From the NCBI RefSeq assembly GCF_006345805.1, contig NC_042998.1, positions 170,004,001-170,068,000 of the forward strand: a stretch of DNA of 64,000 nucleotides, in the 5' to 3' direction. A program made the position numbers and the translations under genes. Each line of letters starts with the position of its first letter. The first letter of the stretch is position 1. The notes beneath the pieces were generated by a model. It worked only from the letters and a program-made list of their open reading frames with translations, had not been told where the DNA came from and did not search any database. Below, piece after piece: positions 53,395 to 64,000 of the stretch. The DNA comes from Octopus sinensis (taxonomy: Eukaryota).

Positions 53395-53697
53395 CCCCTT
53401 CGGTCATGAATGACCATAGGATTGCTCTTTGAAAGTTCCCCTCCAAGGTTGTTTATGGAATTTGCCAAGCATACCAGTATCCCCTTTCCATACCATTGAT
53501 GTCATCCAAGGGAAAAGCAAAGGTCGATACAGGTTGGTGTCAGCAACATCACAACTCATTTCTACAGCTGAGTAAACTGGAGCAACATGAAATAAAGGGT
53601 CTTGCTCAGGAACACAACACAGCCCAGTCTGGGAATTGAACTCACTACCTCATGCTTGTGAGTCCGATGCTCTAACTACTGAGTCATGTGCCTTCAC
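53395..53697 (-). mobile_element. tRNA-headed SINE, family C
   Basis: Homologous to 4022-4340. Confidence 0.75.
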
Positions 53698-53823
53698 ATA
53701 GTATACCCTCAACAGAGGGCATTTGATCTGTCTATTCGTCCATCACCAATTTGATTGTATCTATCCTCCCAACCCTCTCACTCTCTTCCATGATAACCCT
53801 GTCCATTTTCAGTACCGACACCT

Positions 53824-54052
53824 TTAACCCTTTAGCATTTGAACAGGCCATATCAAGCTGAAATATTTTACCTATTTTATGTTTAAACTTACCAGATCCA
53901 ACTTATCGCACTTATTCCACAATGTCATTTTAAAAATAAGTAATAAACATCACCGAAATCTCAAAGCTATGAAATAATACATGGTTAATTTAGAACAATG
54001 TGAATAAACAAACATTGCATTTGAGAGAGTATTCTGAATGCTAAGGGGTTAA
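53824..54052 (+). mobile_element. piggyBac-like MITE (family P1)
   Basis: TTAA at 53824-53827 and 54049-54052. Confidence 0.85.
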
Positions 54053-54659
54053 GGTCCGTTCTCTCCCCCTTTATATAACTTAACTGATTAACATCTACCA
54101 CCAATTTACCATCACACACTGCCTGTTGCTATAGTTTACAATACTTGCTTTCTTACCATGATATCTTTATTCTTATCTCTGTATGCTGCTGATGCTGTTT
54201 TCTATTCAATCTCCAATCAATTTCGACTATGTAGCCATCACTGTCTCTCTCCATCTACCATCCTATCACTGCTTCACCACCATCACATTCACACTTCTTT
54301 TTCACTATCATGGTCATTGTTCCCTTTTTCTTTATGCACAAACATGTTTGCAGCAAAAGTACAGAGACTAAGGAGAGCAGAAATGATGTGTTAGTCTTGC
54401 AGAAAATAAGGCAACCTCATAAATATGAGTGAACTGGAAGAGATTCAACAGGGAAACATTATATGCAAGTAGGTTTGTGAGGGTATGAAGGAAGAGTGAG
54501 GGGAAGGGACTAGAGTGAGTAGTGAACCCAGGTATGTGTGTGTGTGGGAGATGTTTGCCAGGGACAGATTGTGCACAGGGGCTTGGACATAAACAACATG
54601 TCATCATGGTCTTGGTTTTATCTAGTTGGACAGCTCTTCTCAAGCACAGCAAATTGCCA

Positions 54660-54960
54660 ATCATCTCCATCCTTTGTCATCTATGTAAGGCTCAGGATCT
54701 GAATATCATTTTTCACAGCTTCTTCCCATGTCTTCCTACATCTTCCTCTTTCATAGTCTTCCTCCACATTTAGAGATTGACCCTTCTTCATACAGCAGTC
54801 TTCATTCATATACATCACACGACCAAACCAACACAGCCTTCTCTCTTGCACACTACATCTGATGCCTCTCATACCCAATCTTTCTTTCAATACATTTACA
54901 CTTTACCTTACATTCAACCTGATACTACACATCCAGTGAAGCATGCTAGCTTAATTTTTT
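54660..54960 (-). mobile_element. Old RTE 3' ORF fragment
   Basis: ORF 54681..54890: IRCSVQERRLCWFG...RGRCRKTWEE. Confidence 0.75.
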
Positions 54961-55337
54961 TCAGGCTTTTGTATGTTCTCTGCAGTCACAGCTTCACAAA
55001 TACACACTAGTATATGCATGTGAAGCATATAAATAAATTTAGATCAGATTTTCAGCTTGCGGTGTTCCCTCCACCTTGTAATTTATTTCACTTGTCATTT
55101 CGTTACTAATAATACTAGTAAAGAAATAGTGCACTGCAAGGCCAATCTCCACTAAAATGATAATTTCTATTTACAAAGGACCGTTGACGTCAGAAATTGG
55201 AAGCTATATGCATAGGAGAAGATAGAAAACACTATTATATAAGTTGTTAAGTAATTGTTATAATAACCAGTTTAAATTATCGATCAACCTATATCAAATT
55301 CGAAATTGATCAACATCAATGGAAATTGTAACTGTGA

Positions 55338-55725
55338 TACCAGTGCCAGTGGCACGTAAGAAAACCATCCGAATGTTGGCCGTTGCCAGCGCCGCCCCGA
55401 CTGGCCTCCATGCCGGTGGCACGTAAAAAGCACCATCCGATCGTGGCCGTTGCCAGCCTCACCTGGCCTCTGTGCCGGTGGCACGTAAAAAGCACCATCC
55501 GATCGTGGCCATTTGCCAGCCTCGTCTGGCACCTGTGCCGGTGGTACGTAAAAAGCACCCACTACACTCACGGAGTGGTTGGCGTTAGGAAGGGCATCCA
55601 GCCGTAGAAACACTGCCAGATCACACTGGGCTTGGTGCAGCCTTCTAGCTTCCCAGACCCCAGTTGAACCGTCCAACCCATGCTAGCATGGAAAGCGGAC
55701 GCTAAACGATGATGATGATGATGAT
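55338..55725 (+). mobile_element. RTE 3'-UTR-derived copy with four subrepeat starts
   Basis: gcc(g/a)gtgg(c/t)acgtaa occurs four times, then the conserved tail and (GAT)n. Confidence 0.85.
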
Positions 55726-55732
55726 ATATTCC

Positions 55733-56000
55733 TTTATTCTTTTACTTATTTCTCTCATTGGACTGTAGTCAAGCTGGAGTATTACCTTGTAGAGTTTAAA
55801 ACCAAACAGATCGACCCCAGAAAACCTAGTAATTATATCAGCTACTTTTGCTGAACTGCTAGATTATGGCGACGTAAACACACCAACACTGGTTGTCAAG
55901 CAGTGATGAGGTGGGGGGACAAACACAAAGACATACACACTGATATATATCAGTTTCCGGTCTACCAAATCCACTAACAAAGCTCTGGTTGGCCCAAGGA
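55733..56000 (-). mobile_element. Modular SINE, family B
   Basis: Tail cttttactt..cattggactg, atcgacccc, acaccaacactggttgtcaagc. Confidence 0.65.
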
Positions 56001-56594
56001 TATCCATATACATATATAAGTCACCAATAATATGAAATTATAGCTGAAAGAACATTGAATGTTTCTAACTAGAGCTTGTCTTATCATTAATCCAGATATC
56101 CAACTATGGCTTTATTCTACCAGGACATTCACAATTGGTGTTTATTGTATCATTTAACAACTTGGTTTTTTTTTTTTACTTTTCACACCATGTTAATTAT
56201 ATTGCTTCTCCTAATTTGTGATTAAAAGTACCAGTTATATTGTATAAATGATAAAATCTATACCATCATCCTCTGAAATTTGGCTGTGTCTGAAAATTAA
56301 TATAATGTAGTAGATCCATTTAAAAGCTTCAACAAATCACAACAAAAAGTCCATGAATATAAATAAACAACCACAATTAAAATCTAAAAAAAATCCTAAG
56401 GGAGAGAACTCTAATATAATTAAGCAATTTAAATTTTTGGAAAAATCTAGACAAAGCATTATGTTGGAGCCGAATAAATAAAATATTTGATGAAAAGCAG
56501 GTAAGTAAATGCAAATCATTCAAAGATTGTTCTATCTATTTCCTTAGGTGAACAGTCAAAATTTCAAGCCAATTTAATAATTCAAAAATAATTA

Positions 56595-56814
56595 AAAACC
56601 TTTAGTATCTAAAGTGGTCATACCAGGCCCAAATATCCTGTTTTAAGTTCAAAACAAGCCTGTCACCACCTCTCACACATACTCTAGAATGTCATTCTAA
56701 AAATAATCGCATGACCAAAATCTCAAAACTAGAAGATAGTGCATGAATAATTCAAAACAATGTGAAATAGTAACCACTACATTTGACAGAGTAATCTGAT
56801 TGCTAAATGGTTAA
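56595..56814 (+). mobile_element. piggyBac-like MITE (family P1), degenerate
   Basis: Internal similarity to 33391-33618; right TTAA at 56811-56814. Confidence 0.65.
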
Positions 56815-57099
56815 ACTGCAACCCAAACATAGCATTTAAGAAACTTCATCAAAACAGAAAAATAGTCCAATACAAACCAATAAATTTTTCAGCAAAAATC
56901 ACTACTTAGAAAATGTAGATTAGCATTGGTTTTCATAGAAAGTAGTCCAAAACACTCCTGCAAAATTTTGATAATCACTTGTATGTGAACAGACGAAAAA
57001 AATGTACACCTACAGATTTTTAATTTGGCATTGTTTCCGGTGATTAATTCTTTGTATCAAATAATTGTACACATTAGCATGTCTGGCCCATTTAAGAGT

Positions 57100-57513
57100 C
57101 CCCTTGATGTGTCGGGCGATATGATATGCTTGAGAAGACCTGTTGAGTCAAGTAAAACCAAAAATCGTAGCTGTGGCCAGTGCCCTGTGACTGGCTCCTG
57201 TTCTGGTGGCATGCAAAATGCATCAACTGAACATGGTTGATACCAGTACCCACTGACTGGCTTCCGTGCTGGTGGCATGTAACAAGCACTATCCAAATGT
57301 GATCGATGCCAGGCTCTCCTCACTGGCTCCTGCATTGGTGGCATGTAAAGAGCACCCACTACACTCTCAGAGTGGTTGGTGTTAGGAAGGGCAACCAGCT
57401 GTAGAAATATTGCCAGATCAGATTGGAGCCTGGTGCAGCTGCTGGCTCTCCAGACCTCAGTCAAACCGTCCAACCCATGCCCGCATGGAAAACAGACGTT
57501 AAACGATGATGAT
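57100..57513 (+). mobile_element. RTE 3'-UTR-derived copy
   Basis: Subrepeats plus conserved tail; (GAT)n runs into (TA)n. Confidence 0.8.
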
Positions 57514-57825
57514 ACATACATATATATATATATGTGTGTGTGTGTATATATTGTATAATGCTATTGTAATTCTGAATGAGTTTGACACCTCATTCTGCAA
57601 CATCATTTACAACAACTGTCTTCTCAAGTTTTTTTCAAGTTCATTTTTGTAACTGGGATCATCCTTCCATGTTGAAGGGTCTTTGTCGAGGAAATCAGTG
57701 CTGATAGAAAATCTCGTGAAGAAAGTTTTTGTACCAGGAATTAGAAAAGATGAAAACTCAATGTTTGTAAAGGAAGAAAAGTCATTTTGGTGCAGAATGT
57801 ACCACTTCAGTTGATTTTTTTCTTC

Positions 57826-60025
57826 TTTAGAGACGTATTACTTGAAGCCTTTGACGAAATAGAGGGGGATATAGCATCACATGATGTGGAAGACAACTGG
57901 TGGTTTCTATGGGACAACTTGCTGAGGGCCACTGATCAGATCTGTGGATAGCGCAAAGACCCCTCTTGACCCAAGGTAACGTGGTGGTGGAACAATATTG
58001 TTGACAGGGCTATTAGGGAAAAGAAACATGCTTGGAAGGACTGGAATAACAGTGGTAGCAGGGAACTGTATCAGACTGCCGGAAGGGAAGCTAGGAGACA
58101 GGTTTCTTTAGCCAAAGGGGAAGCAGATAAGAAAAAAATTGCCAATGTTCTGTGCCTTGAGGACCAAAGACTTGAGTTATTTCATGTTGTAAGACAGTGT
58201 GTGAGAGAGAATCATGATGTCGTAGGAGAGAAATGTGTCCGCATGGATGATAGTTTACTTGCATTAAACAAGGCTGCAAAGAGAGAGGTTTGGAGACGCC
58301 ACTATGAAAGGTTGCTAAATAAAGAGAATGAATGGGAGAAAGAGTCTGCCAAATGCCAACCCAACAAAGGGTACATGAAGTAGTCATACCCAATGACTGG
58401 TGTAGCAGCACCATAGTCAACTGCTACAAAAGTAAAGGTGACGCTTTAGGTATAAATAATTACATTGATATCAAGTTGCTGGATCAGGTAATGAAGGTCA
58501 CGGAGAGGATCATAGCCCAACTACTTAGGGAGAGAGTCAGTCTAGATGAGATGCAGTTTGGATTCGTGCCAGGGAAAAGCACCACTGATGCTGTATTTCC
58601 AGTAAGGCAGTTGCAAGAAAAATACTTAGCCAAAGATAAACCTATGTACCTGGCTTTCAATGACATGGAGAAAGCTTTTGACAGGGTCCCCCGATCCCTT
58701 ATCTGGTGGTCAATGAGGAAACTAGGGATAGATGAATGGTTAGTGAAAGCTGTACAAGCCATGTACAGGGATGCTGTCAGTAAGGTGAGGGGTTGGCAAC
58801 GTGTACAGTGAAGAATTCCGAGTAGGGGTAGGGGTCCACCAAGGATCAGTCCTCAACTCCCTCTTATTCAACATAGTCTTCCAGGCTATAACAGAGAAAT
58901 TCAAGATAGGATGCCCCTGGGAGCTCCTCTATGCTGATGATCTTGCTCTAATTGCTGAGTCACTATCAGAACTAGAGGAAAAGTCTCAGGTGTGGAACCA
59001 AGGATTACAATCAAAGGGCCTTAGAGTCGACCTAGCAAAAACCAAAGTCTTAATAAGAAGGAAGGCAGACAACCCACAAATCCCTTCAGGTAGATGGCCC
59101 TGCTCGATCTGTAGAAAAGGCGTAGGTAGAAACTCTATAAGATGTACCCAGTGTAAGCTATGGATACATAAGAGCAATATCAAAGGAAGGCTAACTGGGA
59201 AGATAGGTTTTGTTGTGGCAAATGCTCAGGTGCTATAAGCACTGAAAATGTGCAGAGAACAGCTTCTGTCATATTCCAGGGAGAAAAACTAGAAGTAGTT
59301 GATAGCTTCCATTACCTAGGTGACCAAGTCAGTCGCGGGGGTGGATGCTCTGAAAGTGTAGCTACTAGAATAAGAATAGCCTAGGTAAAGTGCAGAGAGC
59401 TCCTACCTCTGCTGGTAACAAAGGGCCTCTCGCTTAGAGTAAAAGGTGGACTGTATGACACATGTGCCCAAACAGCCATGTTATATGGCAGTGAAACATG
59501 GGCCGTGACTGCTGAGGACATGTGTAAGCTTGCAAGGAATGAAGCCAGTATGCTCCGCTGGATGTGTAATGTCAGTGTACACACAAGACAGAGTATAAGC
59601 ACCCCGAGAGAAAAGTTAGATTTAAGAAGCATCAGATGTGGTGTGCAAGAGAGACGACTGTGCTGGTATGGTCATGTATTGCGAATGAATGAGGACAGCT
59701 GTGTGAAAAAGCATCACACTCTAGCAGTTGAGAGAACCTGTGGAAGAGGTAGACCCAGGAAAACTTGGGATGAGGTGGTGAAGCACAACCTTCGAACACT
59801 GGGCCTTACCGAGGCAATGACTAGTGACCAAGACCTTTGGAGATATGCTGTGCTTTAGAAGACCAGGCAAGCCAAGTGAAACCATAGCCCATGGCCTATG
59901 CCAGTGGGTGTAACCAGCCCACTTATGAATACCCTTCACTCATTGGACAATAAACTTTGCTTGCAAAGACCTATTGAGGCAAGTGAAATCAAAATCGCTG
60001 ACATGGCCAATGACAGTACCACCTG
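57826..60025 (+). mobile_element. Truncated, degenerate RTE copy
   Basis: ORF pieces 58201..58383, 58332..58811, 58801..59238 (YADD) and 59478..59858; deletion near 58370 relative to the long copy. Confidence 0.92.
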
Positions 60026-60530
60026 ATGATTATAATCTTTTTCTTACATATTTGTATTATCCTTTGGAACGTGCATATGTACTGAATCCAATTTTGTATT
60101 AAATCTAATTTTGATTCAGCATCTTTCTCTCCTTTATTTTTTTTATACTTGTTTATGGTATATTTATACCTCTAACGATATTTTCATCTATAGGTGTGTG
60201 TGTGTATATATATATATATATTATATATATATATATATATATAATGTGTGTGTGTATATATATATATACACATAAATGTATATATATATGTACATAAACA
60301 TACATAAATGTATATATATATACATATATAGACACATGTATATACATATATTTATATATGCATATTGAAAACATGAAATCTTTCCTTTCCTGAGCATCCA
60401 ATAACACTGTACTTATTCCACATCCTCGCATTGTTGTTTTTTCTTGCTTGTTCATGTTTGGATTGACTACATGTATATATACATACATATATACACACGC
60501 ACATATATATACACACATACATATATACAA

Positions 60531-61035
60531 TTTTGTTTTGAAAATGCTTGGAATCTTGTTCAGTTGATAACAACAGTTTTTTTTAATGGCTCTGAAGGTT
60601 GGAGAATTGCAGGGAGTTTAACCTTTTCACTACTGCAGCAAAGTGCTGGTGTCTCTCTAGGCCATTGCTTTATAATGTATGCAACCAGTTGTCATTGCAC
60701 CAATGGAAACTAGTGTCATCTGCATATTGAATTGCTGGATCAGAATTGAAAGCTGCATCTCAAAGCTGTTGCAACTGCTCTTCATTCTGCAGTGGAGATC
60801 CTATTCCTTGTCAGCCATGCATACCTCTATCACTTTGAGATGCTCTGGCTTTTGTAGTGCACAATCTGTTAATTTCTTGGTATGCTTCCCTTTCTTCAAC
60901 TGTCTCTCTTTCCCTTATGTAAGTCTCATGAGAGCTAATGGTTTGAAGATAGATGAAATTCCGCGTGAAAGGATGGCTACAATCCACTTGTCCCTTCACA
61001 CAGAATTTCGTGTATTTTCAAATCATTGGCTCTGA
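60531..61035 (-). mobile_element. Helitron RepHel N-terminal fossil
   Basis: Minus-strand frames give AAFNSDP.IQYADD, IGAM...C, QWPRETPALCCSSEKVKLP..QPSEPLKKLL..DSKHFQN (60531-60760), like the Helitron ET.G.CC..GKV.LP..PPEPL..KHF region. Extent above 60760 is uncertain. Confidence 0.75.
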
Positions 61036-61201
61036 TGGAACTTATATAAAGGAGCTGAATTGTTTATATATCAAAAATATGTATATAAGTTGAAACAAAC
61101 TGTTTGCGAATTTGGTTTTTTTAATATTTGTTTGTTATCTTAAATTATATTATGTTATATAAATAAATTATTTGATTGTAAATTATATATGTGTGCATGT
61201 G

Positions 61202-61241
<40 letters not shown>

Positions 61242-61244
<3 letters not shown>

Positions 61245-61525
61245 TCATCATCATCGTTCAACATCCGCTTTCCATGCTATCATGGGTTGGACGATTTGAC
61301 TGAGGACTCGCAAACCAGATGGCTGCACCAGGCTCCAATCTTGACCTGGCAGAGTTTCTACAGCTGGATGCCCTTCCTAACGCCAACCACTCCGAGAGTG
61401 TAGTGGGTGCTTTTACGTGCCACCGGCACAAGGGCCAGTCAGGCGGTACTGGCAACAGCCATGCTCAAATGGTGTTTTTTATGTGCCACCTGCACAGGAG
61501 CCAGTCCAGCGGCACTGGAAACAAC
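61242..61525 (-). mobile_element. RTE 3'-UTR-derived copy
   Basis: (CAT)n next to (TA)n; reverse match to 19700-19950. Confidence 0.8.
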
Positions 61526-61661
61526 CTCACTCAAATTTTTTTTTCACCACTCAAGTCTATTGCCTCATTTTCTTGCCTATATGTAAATGGCTACTACAGA
61601 CTACTAGCACCTAGCTTCATCTACATTCACCCTCTCCTGGTATCTGTCACCATCCTATATC

Positions 61662-62318
61662 TGTAGAGATGGTAAAGGTCACCATTATAGATAATGGTCC
61701 GTAGTGCTTGTAGTGTGACCATCTATATTGACTCATATCAGAGGGCTGAAATAATACATATAATGTGCCAGTTGGAAAAGAGAGACACAACCGAGTAGAA
61801 GGCTTATGAAAGATTCATTGATATATTCATATGTGTCTATGTGGGTTGTATCTTTGCTATTAACCATGGTGAAGTAGTTCACGAACAGCACTATGTTAGA
61901 ACCTGTGCAGTGTTGCTGTGCACATAGAGATGTTGACAGCGTTGGTGAAAGATATGATGGTGGTGATGAAGATGGAGGTTGCTGTAATGCTGTTGGATGG
62001 GTGCTGTTTGGCGTCGTCGCTGGAACTGGCTATGTCATGTGGTCAAACCTTAGAAGGTCTGGAACCAACAGACTTTGAGACAAGGAGAAGTTGAGTTTTT
62101 ATAAGTAATAGTAGGCTCAATTGGAGTTTAGAACAGATTGTCTCACATGATCTTATTTAGGGACTTCGATTTGTTAGATTGCATATTGGCATGATAGAGT
62201 AAGAGACAAATTGCACCAATAACAACCAATCAGAGTGGTGGACACAACAGGGTTCAAATAGCGTCCAAAGGTTAACTGTTATCTGCTATGTTCAAATGTA
62301 TATATATATGGAGAGAGA
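61662..62318 (-). mobile_element. LTR-like element, copy L (internally deleted)
   Basis: Reverse-complement homologue of 62346-63274; CCAAT at 62226-62230, TATAAAA on minus at 62097-62103, ends ...ACA at 61662. Confidence 0.5.
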
Positions 62319-62345
62319 GTATACGCTTAGGGAAATTTCTCTCTC

Positions 62346-63274
62346 TGTTATATATATACAAATACGGACATAATAGATAACAGGTAGCCTTCGGCTGCCC
62401 TTTTGCACCTTGTTGTGTCCACTACTCTGATTGGTTGGTGTTGGCACACATTTGTCTCTTGCTCTATTGCATGCTAATATGCATCCCAACTAACCTTCTG
62501 ATAAGGTCACGTAACACAGTCTCCTCTAAACCTCAGTTTGCGCCGACTTATCCCTATAAAACTTCATTGACACATCGAGTCAATGTCTTTCAGTTCCAGA
62601 CCTCTTAAGGTCTAGCCACTGACCACACAGGACACAGCCAGTTCCAGTGACAACACAACAGCAGCCACATAGAGACGCATCAACACTCGACCAAGAGCAT
62701 ATAGCAATCTCCTTCTTCGTCGCTTCCATCATCTTCTTTATGTCGTCAACATCATCTCTATGTACACATCAACCAGCAACACTCGCACAGGTTCTATTTC
62801 AACACTGTGAATTACTTCATCTTGGTTAGCAACAAATACAACCTGTGAGAACTTCTGTACCAAGTAACCAGCTCTGCATAGTAGCCACAGCTTCAAGCAG
62901 GACATGTGCCTCAATCGGCTCTGCATTGCTGCCACAACTTCTTGTTACAGCACTTCAACTATCGTGTACTTTGACTACGAACTGGTATGTATCCTTGTCT
63001 AAACATTATAAACTCTTCCAATACTCTGTATGTTATGCACACACATATACATTATGTATACATGGCGGCCTGTCTACTGTTATTAGTATATATGTATTTA
63101 TGACGCATACACACACGTTAACACATAAATAAAATCTCTTAAACATTCTACTCATTTGTGTCTCTTTTCCTTCTGGCACTGATACTCATTCATCCATTTC
63201 GCCTTTATTGTATCGACCATGTGGTGTACTAAAGGAGCCATTCTCGTCACCTCTCCTTCGCACGCTCGTTTACA
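62346..63274 (+). mobile_element. LTR-like element, copy R (solo-LTR-like)
   Basis: TG...CA ends; ATTGG 62430-62434, TATAAAA 62555-62561, TCAGTT 62590-62595, AATAAA 63128-63133. No TSD found. Confidence 0.5.
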
Positions 63275-64000
63275 TATAAAATAAAGGAGAGAGGAATTTC
63301 ACTAGAGTGTATGCTACATCTGCTAGCATATTCCTAGCCTCTGTTGTTGATCCACAACTGGGTTACATAAAATTTTGCGACCTCCATCTTTTTGGTGTTG
63401 AATATTCCTACTGAATATCCCTATCACTCAACCTACTATACAGCCCTTTCGTCACTTACTGATGCCTATTATTCAGGCTTTTCAGTCTGTAAAGAGATGG
63501 ACAAGCAAGCAGAAATGTGGGCTTGTGTCATGAAAAATGCACCCAGTACACTTTGGAAAGTGATTAGTGATAAAGACGTAGCTATAGAAACCAAAATAGA
63601 ACACAAGATGGTCCTCACCCTGGCCTGGTAACCAATGTCAGGGGACATAAATGCGTGTATTATCATATGTGTGCGTAATTGTTAAGTGCAAACTGCATAG
63701 AAGCTTGTTGAGTGTACTGTAGCTGTAATTTACTCATTCGGCCATGCGGATTCAACGTACGGAATATAATAAAGTTGTAAATGTGGAATGCTCAGTCACA
63801 CTTTGATTCACGAATGGAAATTCATTAATCCTACAACAATAGAGATCCACCACCCACTATCACATGTGTAACTACACACACAAACACGATTGCGTGGGTG
63901 CGCGCGCGAGCCAGAGAGAGAAAGAGAGAGACTATGCATATTCCTCATAGGATTAGTTTCTTGTGCATCCATTGGTCAGTAGCAACCAAACAAAGCCAAG

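Noticed and set aside
55338-55560. Short repeats with intervening sequence resembling a CRISPR array
   Set aside because: The spacers are homologous to each other, the unit is the RTE UTR subrepeat, the context is eukaryotic and there are no cas genes.

Overview
This is AT-rich, repeat-dominated eukaryotic DNA, not prokaryotic. The repeat set (RTE LINEs with (GAT)n tails, tRNA-headed SINEs, very long (TA)/(TACA) arrays) looks like an octopod cephalopod genome; this is inferred from my recognition of the families, not from a search. No host protein-coding gene, rRNA, true tRNA or CRISPR array can be supported, so the window is probably intergenic or inside a long intron. Recognisable content: (1) a near-full-length RTE-clade LINE at 16.2-19.95 kb (endonuclease, RT and a C4HC3 PHD-type finger), disabled by a frameshift and a YADD->YADN change, plus two truncated relatives and many 3'-tail copies; (2) a 5'-truncated CR1-clade LINE at 44.2-46.4 kb inside a microsatellite field, whose 3' tail is shared with a modular SINE family; (3) Helitron RepHel fossils at both ends and a non-autonomous Helitron at 30.5 kb; (4) piggyBac-, pogo- and hAT-type MITEs with TIRs/TSDs; (5) several fold-back structures: a 361-bp near-perfect palindrome (27.0-27.4 kb), a 224-bp loopless palindrome (13.1-13.35 kb) and a head-to-head inverted pair of LTR-like promoter-bearing elements (61.7-63.3 kb); (6) an unexplained coding-like island at 21.25-21.85 kb. 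I found no convincing novel multi-gene system. The best leads are the fold-back elements, the PHD finger in the RTE ORF and the orphan coding-like island. Boundaries of degenerate repeats are approximate (by eye).
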